Source: Raillietiella orientalis
Taxonomy: Eukaryota
Reading direction: 5' to 3'
Length of the DNA stretch: 64,000 nucleotides
Assembly (NCBI GenBank): GCA_036172245.1
Contig: JAYWIR010000056.1
Coordinates: 620,001-684,000, forward strand
A program made the translations under genes and the position numbers. Numbering within the stretch: position 1 is the first letter of the stretch; each line of letters opens with the position of its first letter. Below are positions 1 through 13,838 of this stretch, piece after piece. A model generated the notes under the pieces. The model made no database searches, was not told the DNA's origin, and worked only from the letters and a program-made list of their open reading frames with translations.

Positions 1-1566
1 GCCTCCACTCCCGCAACTCTCCACCGCCTGGGCGCAAGGACTGAAGACGTCTGGCTCCCGTCTGAGCTGCGCCCTCAGCCTGCTAAAAATCTCTTTCGTT
101 GACGGCATTCCTCCACGAACCAAAGGGATGAAGCTGAGACAGAGCCCAACGCCTGGCTTCCTGTAGCTCATCCTTGACGATTTTTCCCTAGGCCTTGTAT
201 TCTGGTGCCGACTGTCAAGGAACAAACTGTGGACATCCTTTCAAAGTAGTCCTTCCAGAGTTGGATTTTTTGTGATCTTCTCACACGTGTGGTTCCTCCT
301 TCCCGGATCTCTTTGTCACTCTGGATCTTTATTTCCTTTTTTTTTTTAAATTTTTCCTTGCATTTTTTTTTTTTTTTGTGTGAGGGAGGGGAGGGGGATC
401 TCCACTGTAGGAATCCTCCTTCTTTCCATTCTCATTCCATGGATGGTATTCGCGACAGCGCTGTTTCCATCTGGCATTCCTACGACAGTCGCGACAAGGG
501 TCCTCCGTTTGTCATCCGCTGATTTCAAGCATCCCCAATAACTTCTGCGATTCTGTGCGGGACGCCGGAACCACGACACCCGGTTGAGCAGAAAAACGGC
601 GAGGATTTTTTCATGCTGTTCGATTCCTCTCAGAGTCCGGAAGAGAAATTGTGACCGCCGTGCCTTGCGACCTTGCGCCAAGCAAGTCCGTTTGACTCCA
701 AAGACTTTGCCGACACTGCTCAAGAGAACGTGAGTGAAAGGCGCAGGTAATCGGAAGAAGCGGCTTTCCATTTCGGTTTTGAAACGAAAAGACAGAACCA
801 AGAGAGGAAGAGAGGGCAAAACCAACGCCGATGGTAGTTGGAGGCAGCACTGCCATCTTCAGGACGGACGCGTCCAAAAATTATGAATAACAGCAGATGA
901 TGCGTTCCAACTCACAGCCACGAAGGAAAATCTCTTGTTCTTTCAGTTTCTTCCGTCATTTAAAATTGAACGAACGCAGGTAGGCAGTGAATTGCAGCTT
1001 CTTTGTCTCTCCGTTCGCAGCAACGGACGCCGTTGATAGCTCAGAGCGCTAGGACTTCGGTCCGAGTGCACTGACCAAACATCCATCCCCATTTGCATGT
1101 CGTCGATCAAATTTTTTTTTTGTTCTTGCGTGCGGACACAGAAGAGATTCTGCTAGCTGTTCCATTCATCCGAAATCCACTTTCGCCCTTTTCGTCCTCC
1201 CAGAATGTGAACCTCGGACAGAGATTGTTCCAAACCCTCTCGGCCGGATTTCATCCGCAGACATCGATTCGCGGCTTTCCCGACCTTAGAGTCCGAATTT
1301 CCCTGCCGCCTTCAGCTTGCCGGCATCGAGAATTTCGGTGTTTGTAAGGAAGAAAAAAGAAAATCTGTCGTGTTTTTTTCGAACACGCGCGACCCTTTCA
1401 AGAATGCTCCGGTCTCTTCCCACCCCATCACGTGAGATGCGATGATGTCCAATCTGTCAACACATCGAAGATGCCATCGCTAATTCAAGGAGTTCAGGTA
1501 TCCACACGTCTGGCAGGGATTGATGGAATCCCATCAATCGAGAGTTGCGCGTGATGCCACGGGGAC

Positions 1567-1570
<4 letters not shown>

Positions 1571-1623
<53 letters not shown>

Positions 1624-1628
1624 TGTGT
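1571..1628. repeat. Compound microsatellite (CT)n(GT)n
   Basis: An uninterrupted CT run (1571-1606) is directly followed by a GT run (1607-1628). Confidence 0.97.
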
Positions 1629-2499
1629 TTCGTCTCGTTCGTCTCTCTGCGCGATTTGCCCGGAGACAGGGCTTGGCTGTGTGCGGCAATTTTTCGGTTT
1701 CACTCCATGAGAACGAACACCTCTCTCACAGGTCCATTCGCGTTCTTCATGTTTCGTCCAGTGGCTTCTGTGAATATCCGCTCGCATTTTCCTTCCCTTC
1801 AGCAACTGCGGGGTGGAGTTTGTCTTCTGAAGTCCAGATTAGACTGGCGTGTTTCTTCCTTCCTTGGGGTCAAGACGTGCTTGCGCCACGGAACCAGGCA
1901 TTCGTGCAACCGCCAGGCAGCATCCTTAAGCCTGTCTACCACTACCCATGCAGGTTGCGGGCCCGTCACAAGTATCGTGATTTACGCGAAACTCTTTCAG
2001 CAGGCAATGTCGAAGGGATTGGTTTGTCTCCGCAGGTCGCAACCCTGTTTAGAAATGCTTGCGTCAACGGTCTGAATCGCATGCCGATTTCTTAGACCGA
2101 ACGGTAACCAATCCCCTGGTTTATGGAGACTCGAACTGTGGAGAGAAAAGCATTGAAGGGACTCCCTCTAATTGCGCCTGCCCCTCCAGACGAGTTGTCA
2201 AACTCGGCTTGTCCGTGCTGAAGAAGAAGACAGGCTTGCAGGAAAGCGAGAGAAGGAACAGGAAAGCCTCCGAGTCGAGCTTCCACAAAAGGTGAAACGA
2301 AGTGATTGTAAAAAGGAAAGCAAGGAAGAAATTGCAACTCGGAACGAGTAAGGGAGGGGAAGCATCACCGTGCTCGGAACAGAGGGTTTTTCTTCGTCGA
2401 GGTGAGTAGGCGGCCTGTCCAGACCCGCGAACGCTGCGAAGCCACGAAACGAACGCGGTCCAGACAGAGGCGAAAAGCACCGACAGCGTCCGAAGACAG

Positions 2500-3620
2500 C
2501 GCTGGCGGAGGGGTCGATGTCGCAAGGCGCGTGGTCGGAGCCCGTTCTGAACATCGGCAGCAGCGCATGGCAGGACTTCGGGATGAGGATCGCGAACGCC
2601 TCGTAGCAGCCGCTAGTACACCGTGAGCCCGAACTCCACCAGTATGCACCGCAGAAGGGCAGCTGGCATAACTGGGAAGGCGAACAGTCGAAGCGGCAGA
2701 GCGTCTCGCATTCGAGGAGCGGGAAAAGGTAGCCGCCATCTTCTCTTCGGCGTTCGAGGAGGCAGCCTTCTTTGACGGTGCTGCTGCTGCTGCAAGTCCT
2801 GTCTCATCGGAGGCGCGAACGAAGGGATTTGGAGTTTTGGAGGATTCCCTTTCGTCACTTCCTGCTGAAGGCGCGACCACGGGCGGGCTCACTCGCGGGA
2901 GGAGTAGCGTGGGTTGAATGCGACTTGCCACGCGAAAAAAATCGGAGGGCGTAGGTTCAGCCGGAGCGCCGTCAGCGGTCCGCAACTCGGTTCCTCCGGG
3001 AAGTCCATTGAAAGAAGGACAACAAGCGCACAATGGAGGAGGAAGCTGGCTTCCTGCTGACGCGAAGGAAACGGCCGTGCGCAAGGCCACTCCGAGGGAG
3101 GGCTGACTGCACAAAAGAGAGGGCGCTGTAAACGGACGTGCTTGGTAGGGCGATCCTGAGGCCAACAGAGTGCTCAGAGTTCACGAAAGACTTCGCGTTT
3201 CCCCGCTGTCAGGCAGGACGGCTTCCTGACTCGAGTTACCATGGCGATCTCCCTGCCGTCTTGGCAGTTCCCCCTCCTCGGACGTGCTACTGCAAGAGAA
3301 ACGAGTGTAGCACGGTGACTGTCGTCCCGACGGCGGCAACGGAGATCCTTTGTCGGAGAGAGATGGGGAAGGGGGATGAGAAGGGTGGGACAAGCACCTT
3401 ATCCATTCCAGTGTGGTGTCGATTGGGGGCAGCCAGCTTCCCCTGTCGCGAAGGAAGGGCGGCCTGCTTCCACAAGGGGTCGTTCGTATGCCACGGCTGC
3501 GGCTCACACAGTACGGGGAGGCACGCATTCCGTCTGGTCGCAACGACGGTTTCACGGACTTGCAGGGGCAACTCCTGCGGCCCTGCGAGGGCAGGAGGGC
3601 AGCGAGCTGCTGACCTGATC
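2500..3620 (-). mobile_element. Decayed L1/Tx1-like non-LTR retrotransposon, ORF2 C-terminal part (zf-RVT region)
   Basis: Minus-strand translation PTPSDFFRVASRIQPTLLLPRVSPPVVAPSAGSDERESSKTPNPF resembles the degenerate W..+H..LPT...L...C..C...ES..H.F zinc-knuckle region. It shares GGAGCGCCGTCAG with the copy near 6338. Boundaries are approximate. Confidence 0.45.
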
Positions 3621-5057
3621 TAGATTGTGCGTGATGGATCCTGTTCGTAGATAAGCAAACGGTTCTAGGATTTCCACCGTCTGACGCGATGATCATCATC
3701 TTTCGAGTCGGAGACTGTGAACGAAGGGTTGTATAGGGCAGGGTTACCACGGTTCGTGGCGCTGAACGATTTATAGTGGAACTAGACGACTGTGCGCTCC
3801 TTGATTACCGGAGGAGAGGCGGCGACGAGGCTGCAGTCTTGAAGTTTCAACAGCACGGAAGCTTCTCCAGGTGTTACCGTCGAAAGTGACTGTTATCTTG
3901 TTGAGCGGTCAAGTGCCACCTTGACATGCGGGAAAGCAGTCCTCAATCTGCAGGCGCTCGCAGCCAACCGTGAGAAAGAGAAACTTCCCTGCACGATTAA
4001 TAGGCGTTTGATCTGAGAGGCACACACCGGTGAAATCTTCGAGCCTTCCGGAGACTTTTGAATCACTCGAAGAAGATAAATTCGATCCAAGGAGGTTTGA
4101 CGCGAAAGCTCGCACATTTGCGAGCCGCCTGCATAGTGATGGGCCCGTCTCTGGGTTCCGGAAAGAGGGCGACTAGCATGCATGTCACTGAATCTTAATA
4201 AACGTATCGGTTCCCATAATACTATTGTTTGCAATAATAATATGCACGTGAATAAATACGAATGACTACTAAGCACGTCCAAATAAATTCGTAAATGGAT
4301 CTGTGCACAGCAAGCGCACGCACGTCTTTACCTTTTGTGATCTTCCGGGGCCTGGAAAAACACTTCGTACTGAGACAGCTGTACGTGGACATGCACGCGT
4401 TCCCTCTGTATCTGCATATCCACATGGATCTCGTCTGCGTGTACCTCCGCATGCGTTTGCGAACATGCGAGAAGGCGAGAACGCGGAAAATGCCCAGAAA
4501 CGCTCTGCTACCTCGGTGAGTTTCCTATTCCGGTCCCGCCGACCCATCACTGCGGAGTCCTCGTCGAGCCTCACAAGTTTCGAGTGCCCGAGGCGATGGC
4601 CGAGCTCGTTGCACGCGGTTCTCATTTCCCAGAAGAGACGCCGATTCACCATCGGCAGAAGCGCGAAGGGGTGTCCATGGCCCCGCTGGGAGAACATGGC
4701 GAAGCGCGCGCCCCCATCCCTTTTCTCTCTTCTTCCGGTTCCGCGAACCTGCCGATTCCACCCGTACCGAACCGCGGCGGCTCGCGCCCGGGAAGTGGAA
4801 GGGAGGCTCATCTTCCTGCACCCCTGGGGTGCTTGCAGCTTCGGCGGGAGCGGCGCTTTCGGTGCCTGCCGGGTGCCGTAGAACTACCACTTTGCGAGGA
4901 AGCTCCCTGGAAACGGGGACCGACCTGCAAGTCGGGGCGATTCAAAGGGCCGAAGCGAGCGGCCGTATTCTCACGGGATGACCCGTACGAGCGGACGACC
5001 TCGTTCTCTGGCCGGAAAAGCCTCGTGGCGTTCACCAACGCGCGTTTCCTGCTTCAG

Positions 5058-5235
5058 GCTGGCCCGCTTGTCCTACCTGGAGTGGCTCGCGTACCTCAAG
5101 AACTTGAGCCGGGTGAAGAACCTCGACTTTGAGGAAGTGAAGGACAAGTTGAGGAAGTGCAACGAGGTCGTCGAGGACCAGAAGCGGACAAGGAAGCACA
5201 GAGCAGTAGGTTTTCTCTTCTTTTTCTTCTTCTAG
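5058..5235 (+). CDS. Exon of a TPPP/p25-alpha family protein, possibly truncated type; upstream exon(s) not found in this window
   Basis: Good acceptor (TTTCCTGCTTCAG|) and strongly GC3-biased codons. LARLSYLEWLAYLKNLSRVKNLDFEEVKDKLRKC resembles the insect TPPP segment I.L.DY.KFL.DLAK.K.V.L.EIK.KLA.C. It ends at a possible donor (GCA|GTAGGT, 5206) or at TAG 5233-5235. Confidence 0.55.
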
Positions 5236-5849
5236 GAACAGTCGGATGCTCCCATGGTACTTCGATTCCGTTCGCCGGTAGCAGTGGCCTTCCTCGGCGT
5301 CAGCTGGAAGGCTGCAAGGAAGTCCTTGTCTCAGTGGCTGGACACGGTGTGGCGCACCGCGTTCGCTCGCCGCTCTTTTCCTTTTCTTTTCGCCGGATAC
5401 TCGGGTGCGGGCGAGCCCACCTGAAGTCTAAGAACTTCACTTACCACCTTCACTCTCCAATCCTGGACACGCAGCGACGAAACGGTCCGCGATCACCTTT
5501 GGCAGGGACGCAGGCATCCGTCTCCAAGGACGGGCGGAGACATGCTCGGACTTCCTTGAAAAGAACGCCCAAATGCCCCGGCGGGATACCTGCCGCCGTC
5601 TCCTCCTGCCACAGCAACCACCGTGGTACCCTAGCGTGGAGGGCAGGAGGGAGGAGCGGTGCGGCCGCATCGGGGGAGCCGCCTCCGTTTCGCCTCCCTG
5701 CGCTCCCAATGGGACTCTCTCCCCGCCCGCCGCGCGCGAGGGTGTGGCGAAACGTTGCGTTCGCCGCGCGATCGCTTTGATCTGGGCGGCAGCGGACCAC
5801 GCGCGCGAGCGAGCGGACAGCCGCCCGGAACGAGCGCGTGAGTCATCGG

Positions 5850-8200
5850 GAGGAGGCGGCAGCAGCGATAACATGGGAGAAGCAGCGAAGAATTTGTCGA
5901 CTCTCGACAGCTGGAAAATTCCTACTATGCTCGGGGCGTTTCTCGGAGCAGCGTCCAACTGTGCGTCCTGGAGGAGGGGGGGGAGGTAATGCGGTAAGAC
6001 ACGCACCGCGCGGCCACCAAGAACTCGCGCTGGGCAGCAGCTGCCTGCACAAGGCGAAGAGAGTGAGCAGCGAGAGGACCCGCCTGAGAGCTGCGGGCCT
6101 GTCGGAAGCGGCGGCGGCGTGAGAACCGACCAGAAAGCAGCGGTCCCGGAGAGAACGATGCTGCACATCAGGAACGCACGGGATACGAAGCGCCGGTTTC
6201 CCCGTAGCGGGCAGCACAATTGCCGCCCCTGGATGACGTTCCTGCGCACCGAGGCCGGTTCCCGGGATGCTGGCGCTTCGCCGCAGGGAAAAGAAAGGCA
6301 GTCCGAGCAGGGAGAGGTGGGCGTCTAGGGCCCTCTGGAGCGCCGTCAGTCGGGATTGGCTGAAGTCTCAGAACTGCCAGAGGGCTGTGGATAGGTTTCC
6401 CGGCAGAGCAAGACAACGAGGGATGAGAGGGCGGGAGACGGTGGCGGCCGTCTCGTCAGCCCAGAAGGAAGAAACTTTGAACTCCACCACCCACGACCAC
6501 TTTTCCTATCTCCAGGTCGCAGACGCAGCTGTCGCCGAAGGGGTGCGCATGCGTACCCAGTTTAGGCGGAGTTTGTAGGCGCTCTCAGATGCTAATCCCT
6601 GGGAGTCAGGACAAGTCTTCTGTCGTTTAGCACTTCGGGTGAACGTGCACTCTGCCCCGTGGAGCAAACCGAAAGAGGAGAGCGAAATCACGGCCCATCC
6701 ACGAAGACAGTAGTCCGCCGCCGACCCTCGGGGCAGACGCCTGGAGACAATGCCGCACAGTTCGTGCCGGCGTAGGTGACACGGGCGCAGTAAGCTGCAA
6801 GAAATCGAACCTTGCTTCCCGAGGACGTTGCGCCCAGAGAATCAGGACGATGGCGGCAAGAGTTCACTGCAGCCAGAGAAGGAAGCCTGGTTACCCGGGC
6901 AAGCAGGGGATGACGTCAAATCGAAAGCCTCTTTCTGGTCTCTGGAAACGCCAGGGGAGACGCCCCGCACAAGAGTTGGGGGAGAGGGGGTGGAGCTGGA
7001 GAAAGACTGCCGCAACTCTCCTCAAGCAGAGGTGAATGAGTTTCGCAACACCCAACAACAGCAGGTGACGCTATCCCCGACGGCGCATTCCGGGTGTGGA
7101 TGGAAACCCGTTTGGGGCAAACACGTGGGTGGTGATGAAGTGGATAAGGCAGTTCAACGTTTCGTGGACCTGCAAAGAGGCGCACGGAATCACCTGCCTC
7201 GGCAGTTACCTCTGCGGTCGCTTCGGGGGCTTCCTGTCTCGTTGGGAACCGCCAGTGCGCGGCTGATCTTCGGCTGTACCACTGCGCACAGCCAGTGGGC
7301 GCCGGGTACGTGCACATGCCATGTGTTCTTCGAGGGATTCTACTCATGCAGAAGAGGGTGGATCTCGGACCAGGGAGGAGGGCAGCCGCTAGCCGCGTTC
7401 CCTGGAACGGTCGACGGCCGAAAGGAGGCGGACGCGCGTGGAAGCGGTGGTTTCCACGGCTGTGGTTCGAGAGGCGCGGTGTCCGGGGAAAGCGCTGTGA
7501 CTGCAGAAGCGCCCTCGCTCGCGAATCCGAAAGTCGGCATCGGGATGGGGCAGACTCCCGCGACGGCCGGGCGAAGAAGCACTGGGAGGCGGCGAACGCG
7601 CCGACGCCCACTTTGCCTCGCCGCTCCTGTCGGTGAGCCGAGAGGATTCCTGCAGCGACGGCGGCTGGGCGAAAGCGGACTCTCTCGAAGCGGCTGACGA
7701 GACTGCATGACTCCCGCTGCCCCGACGAGGAACGCGCGTGCTGGGGTGGGGAGGAGGAGGAACGGCCAAAGAAGTCGCTCGCGCAGTCGGAACCCAAATG
7801 CCGGACCTCTCCTCGAGGTGAGCTCCCCATAAAGCTCTCTCTCCATGCCGTTCCAGACCGCTTCCCCCTGTACTCTCGCAGGCTGGACAAGACTTCATAG
7901 CTGTCGTGGAGCGCCGTTGACCGACCACGGATCCAGCCTTCGCGAGAGTCTCTCATCTTGCTCCACTTGGGTATCCTCTTTCACCGGCTCTCGCTCTTCG
8001 AGCCGCAGTGCGGTCCGAGTGAAAGACACATCGCTACGTCTCTTCAGATTGGGGGACTTGGCTCTTCTGTGCTCTGGAGAGGCCTAGGGCCCCCTCTGTC
8101 GCCAAACCCTTCGCTTATCAGAAGCGTGCGCCCATCCCAAGCGGAGGGAGCGCTAAGCCAAAGCCAATTGAGGCCTTGAACTTCTTGCATTTATGGGGTG
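5850..8200 (-). mobile_element. Decayed L1/Tx1-like LINE ORF2 (RT through zf-RVT)
   Basis: Minus-strand motif remnants occur in the expected order: GWIRGRST (GF+.GRS), ALSPDTAPLEP (PLSP.L...EPL), then NCAARYGE...AFLMC...FWSVL (zf-RVT). Many frameshifts and stops. Confidence 0.5.
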
Positions 8201-10607
8201 AAATCTATCGCTCGGACCTTGGTTTCCCATTCAGCCAGGTAGGTCAGGGATGTGTTCAGAGTTTCGAAAACTAAGAGTCCTGAAAACGGTCGCACGAAGG
8301 AAGCAGGAGGAGGCGAAAATATCCACTCGTTGTAGTCCGCATCAACTGGGAAAACTTTTCTGGTAGGATAACGCTGAGGCATCCCGAAGAGATGAGGTGA
8401 AGATTTCACGGGATGCAAACAGCAGCTGTGGCGTGGTGGAACCGCAATGCCTATACACGATTGTCGTAGCCAGATCCTCTGGAAGGACCTGGAGAACCCC
8501 AAATGGCGGCTCACCGTTCGTGATGTGTAACGAAGTCACTGAGGCAGAGATGCCGTTCCGGAGCTGCAGTTAACCACCAGCACGAGCAAGATGTTAGCAA
8601 ACCGACAAGCTCGGGTGCTGCTGCAACCAAGTCACGGAAAATCTGGAGCTCGATACGCCCACGGTGATGCTCAGGTGCTGTTCGTTGAGATTATGAGTCG
8701 CGAGGAAGAATTTGAAAGAGACTGATGAATTCTACAGCGAAGAAATTTCAAAGATCGATGCTCGGGACGAAATGCAAATAACCTCTCTAGATGAAATACG
8801 GAAGATCGCTTCACCACGAGAATTTCGCTGGAACTGGCAACCCTGCTTCCTAGAGTAGGAACTGGCTGAGGACCGTCCACGAAACCGTGGTGTGAGAGAA
8901 CTTGCAGAGCGCTGGGGGGTAGAAGACGGAGAACCAGATAGGTTCTCATTCGGACAAGCATTAATGATTGAATCAGGCGAGAGAAGAATTTTCCCAAATC
9001 TTGAACAGCAGTTTCAGCAGAGATAGGCGATGCAAGAAGGGAAAAAAAATCCACCGATTCGAAGATATCCGATCAGCTCGCAAGATCGATCATCCAAAGA
9101 TTTTCGTGAAGTTCTGCGAGATCCTAATATTGAGGAAACGGTGGGGAAAGGATAAGGGTGAATGATCTGGATTAGACAGGATTCGGTCGCTTAGGAGAAA
9201 ACCGGAAACACTTGAGCAAAAATGGAATGTTTCCTTAAGTTGGTTCCACCTTCTGGAACATTTTTTTTTTTTTTTTTTCATTTAAGGAAAATAAGGAGTG
9301 GAAACTATGAGATACAAAAGGAAAACAAACCCCGCCATTACTCCATATTTAAATAATGTTCCACATACTCACCAAAGGCGTCTTAAAGATGCGCCCAGTA
9401 TATCCGACATCTCTTTATGTTAAAACGCCTTGCTTCGCATCTTCCTTTTGCCTCGGTCAGCATTTCAGCCGTCTAGGCAAGCAAAGAACTGAGTGGGTGG
9501 CTTATGTGTGTTTTGGAGAACTTCACAGAGATCGAAACATCCACGTGGCATCCTCCCGGTGAGAAGGATATGAGTGAATTTGGTTGTGAAACAAAAGTGC
9601 CTCACAATGGCACGTCTCTGTCACGCATCACAGATGCCTTCGTTTTACCTGAACTGCGAAACACTTGAAAATGCCCCTTTTTAGATCCATCTGCCCAAGG
9701 AAGATGAGAAGTCTGAAGATGCCGAAGACCAAAAGAACTTCGTTTTGAGATTTCTAAAGAAGCCGTGACAAGGGAGCCTAGGATTATCCCTTTCCCTGCA
9801 TCAAACATCGGTATTATGAGAGAGTTTGCACGTGAAATTCAAAAATTAAACAACTGGCTGTTCCTTTGTTTTTATTCATTTACTTCTGACTGCAAGATAC
9901 GTGGAGCCCTTGTTGCAAACGGTTGGTTCCGACTGCAGGGAACCTCCGCACGTAACCCCACTTACATACATGTATTTTTCACGGCCCCACAAAAATAAAA
10001 AAAAAAAAAAGAAAAAAGGGGGGGGGGGGTATTAAAAATAAGTTTCATCTTCGATGCTATGCTGCAGATTTGTCATCGTGAGGCTCCAGGGGTGAGAAAA
10101 AGAAGCAGATTTCGGTACTTTTCGGATTCGCACAAAACACAGGCAGAACTTTTGCACGGAGAGTGCGGCGACTTTTGCACGCGGGCAGTTCGAGCGTAAC
10201 TCACTTAAAAGAAGTGACCTAAGCGTGTTTTGTATTACAGTTTCCACGTTTCGGTCGAAAGACATCCAGACGGAAACCTACACGCCCACGGACACGCACC
10301 TGCTCGATAATCACCTGGGTTCGAATCTGTCCCAGTCCTTCGTTTTCACCACGGCAATTTCAGGGGCACTTTTAATGAGGCAAAAGCTTTATTCGGACGC
10401 ACAGTTCCCGATGACCAACATTTTCCACTTTGGCAACGTACAACTTCAACTGGACGTATGCTCACATTGTAGAAATATAGTCATTCCAAAGTCACTAGCT
10501 ATTGTAAGGCGATGTATATAAAATCTCGGATTCGCTATTGGCAAAAAAAAAACCTGGTGAGAGGGATAAATTTATCACATGTGCGACGGGAGGTTTAAAG
10601 CACGGAG

Positions 10608-13600
10608 TCAATTCTTTTCCAGCACTTTGAAACTAGTTCCAGTGAGAGGACACACAAATAAATTCGTGGCACAACTCACATGGGTCTGCACTCCATTTGG
10701 ATACTGTGCAAACGAGGCATTCTGGAAATGTTTTCTGCATACGCAGCAGCATCTGAAAAGTTTTCATCAGGCCAAGATCCCTCATACAAAAGTGAAAACG
10801 AACCTTTCAGATGTCATGAAGGCAGCCTTTTTGCAGATTTCATACTTCTGGTGATGAAGAGATGTAAGGCAGTAGAATAGCAAGCCTTTCTTGATAAAGG
10901 CAGTGTTTTTATTCTGCCGATATTGATTCAGAGAGTGACTTAAGAAGTCATATAGGAGCACCAGAGACCAATGATCAGGCAGAAACCTGCAGACATCGGA
11001 AGCATTGAGTTCAGCAGCATGATCTTTGAGAAGCGTTAGTGCAGGGCCTAAGAATTCATCATGAGGAGAGTTCAAATACATTTTAAGTAACATGAAGTAC
11101 AGATGCTGTCGCTCTGACAAGCTGAGATTTTGCACTACGGCTTTACAATACTGCTCAGTCAAAACACAGTTCCTCAGCTCTGTAACCATGATTGCCAGCG
11201 CACCATTATGGTCTCCCATCTAGGATACAAATCATTGCTAACTAAAACATCCCCAAGGCACTTAGCTTACCTTGCCAAGCAAGATTGCTACCTCCTGACG
11301 AAGTCCTGCATCTTTTAAAAGAGACAACAGGACATTTTTTTTATAGTCAGTGAATTGAAGAAGGAACTGCTGCAAATGATCCCGATAAGATGATTCTTCA
11401 GGGTGAGCCTGAACTTCCTTTATGTAAAGCAGTCCTAGCCGAGTAAGAATTACTTCATTTTTTTTATCTCTTTGCACAAGTTCCTCCAGATAGCAACGTA
11501 AGGCTGTTGGATAACACTCAAGGAACTGCAACACTGCTTTTGGATCCACTGGCACTTGCAAGGATAGAAACATGTCCACACCGAATCTCTCATTTTTTTC
11601 CATGATGAAATCAGCATATGGCCATAAAAGAGCCAAATCAGAAACCTTTGCAACTTGATTTACAAAAAATTCCATTCCCGGGAAACTGCTATCTTGCAGT
11701 TCTGTATTCAAAATCTGACACCAAATCTTCAATGCAGTGTGTTCATTCCCCTCCCTCTGATGTAGCAAAGCCATTGCATGATGGCAACCATGGTCAGAAA
11801 GAATCTGCCACAACTCAGCAGAAATAGGATGGATCCAAGATTCAAGGAGTTGCATTATTTTGCAAGATTTTCTTTTGCCATACAAATGAAGCAATGCCAT
11901 GTCCACTTCGAAACTTGAGATGCCATTTTGATGACATTTTTCTAACAAATTTTGCAGAAAGCTTTCAGCATTCTCTAATTCACAGCTGTCTCCTTGAGTA
12001 AGGGCGAGGATATTATCGATGCTATGTAAAGCTGGAACAGATGGATGAAACGAACTTTTTGCAGGCAGCAGGCCAGGAAACAGGCAGATGAGCTATTTTT
12101 TTTGTCAGGGTTTTATTCACAGATATTCACAGATACGCCTTACTTCACACATATCCACACTGCTTGTCAGAAACAGCTCTTCGGCAATTTCATACTGTTT
12201 CTTTGAAAATAAGATGAATGCTGCTCGTCTCTTTGTATCTAAAAGCAATTCATCAGCTTCTTTTTCTGTCAACCCTGTCAGTATTCCACTTTCAGCAACA
12301 GATAAGGCCTCTATTTCTCTGCCATCAGCAAGCAAATACTTAACACGTTTACTTTAGTAAGCCATTTGTTTTTTCATTTCTACCTGAATCTGTTCTTTCA
12401 AAGGGATGAATGAAAGAATACTTATTTGAGACTCTGTATGGACATATATAACACCTTCCAAATTGGCCACATGGACTTCCTGCTCATGTGCCAACAACTG
12501 CTTGACTTGTTGATCCAATGTACTAAAATGATGCATGCATTCCAATTCAAAGAGTGCTTCTCTTATATCTGAATATACCATACACATTAATAGATAGTTT
12601 CTACATTGAAACCACCTGTGCACTTATATATACCTGTATATTATTAATGATGTTTCTCCTAGGACCAGAAGATATGAATGTAAGTATGATACATCCATAG
12701 CAGCTTCATGAAATGGTATAGGGGGTTTATCTGATGTACCTCGATCACTTGCAAACACCCCCAAGGCATTTGGACCATTCAGAAAAAATTCATTCTGAAA
12801 ACAGATATTGTTGAAATGTACCACTTTTGATCATTTATCTTACATGTCCTATATTTTTTACAAGTGGTATACATATAGATGGATCAAATGAGAACAGCTG
12901 CTGATTCCACCTTGAAGTCCAATCAAACAAAACATACTGCTTGCTAAATGCACTGCATATGAATCTCCCATTTATGGTTGCCATCAGGGGTGTATCCATA
13001 CATTCAATTTCAGATATAATGCTCAGTTTATCTATCATGATGTTATATACCAGGAGTACCTTTTTTTTAATCACACAAACCTTCAAATCAAAAACGAAAA
13101 ATCAAACAAAGTGTTCAAATAAGTTACACGGTATCTACCTCTATGCTGAATGGTTCATCATTAACAGGATAATCATTAGAACAAAAATATGAAACGTTTT
13201 TCATTCTCTTCAGTAAGTCTTCTTCCAAGGAAGTCATATTTAAAAATAACATGCTGGAATCACATAAAACAAGCAACAAGTCCAAAGCAGAAGCAGCTTT
13301 CAAATGAATAATTGCCTTTTTCTAAAATCATGGAAAAGATGCAGGAATAATGCTAATACTGAAGGCACGTAACTTACAAATGGCAAATGTTGTATTTTAA
13401 TACATGATGCAGTCGTAACTTCATGGAGACTTCCCATTTGAAAACACACAATGTGACTACACACAAAAGAGAAATCAAAATGAATCTGTCAGTCTTCAAT
13501 TTATTGTTAATGGAATGAACATTTCACATGATAGACTTTAAGCATTAAACAGTATTCACCTTTCATTTGTCCCCACATATCCTACATTTCCGCAAACTTC

Positions 13601-13838
13601 AATACAGGAAACCTGAAACGTCACAACCGTATGCTTTAACATGAAAATTACACATCTTGAAAGATGACATCCCAACATTTCAAATGCATTATAGGAATTA
13701 CATAGCAAAGGACGCTACTCTCAAAAGCGCCTGAGAAAATTTCAGAACTTGAAAAATGAGCTTTCTGCTTACTGAACAAAAAACACCGGGCAAGAATTCC
13801 CCGATATCCACCAGCTTTCGTTTCTGAAATATTTTCAT
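10608..13838 (-). CDS. TGFBRAP1: TGF-beta receptor-associated protein 1 / Vps3-type CORVET subunit (CNH + CHCR + Vps39_2 zinc finger), ~831 aa
   Basis: Eleven GT-AG, phase-consistent exons: 13838-13773, 13612-13560, 13456-13378, 13321-13139, 13080-12844, 12794-12634, 12522-12384, 12338-12144, 12092-11271, 11219-10804, 10752-10608. Motifs CIEVCGNVGYVGTNE, LKAASALDLLLVLCD, ELICLFPGLLP..SSF..S.P.LH and C-terminal CVCRKHF...YPNG...H..CA...CPLTG match TGFBRAP1 rather than VPS39. Confidence 0.93.

Noticed and set aside
2355..2401. Possible upstream TPPP exon ending in a phase-compatible GTGAGT donor
   Set aside because: In-frame TAA just upstream and negligible similarity to the p25-alpha N-terminal half.
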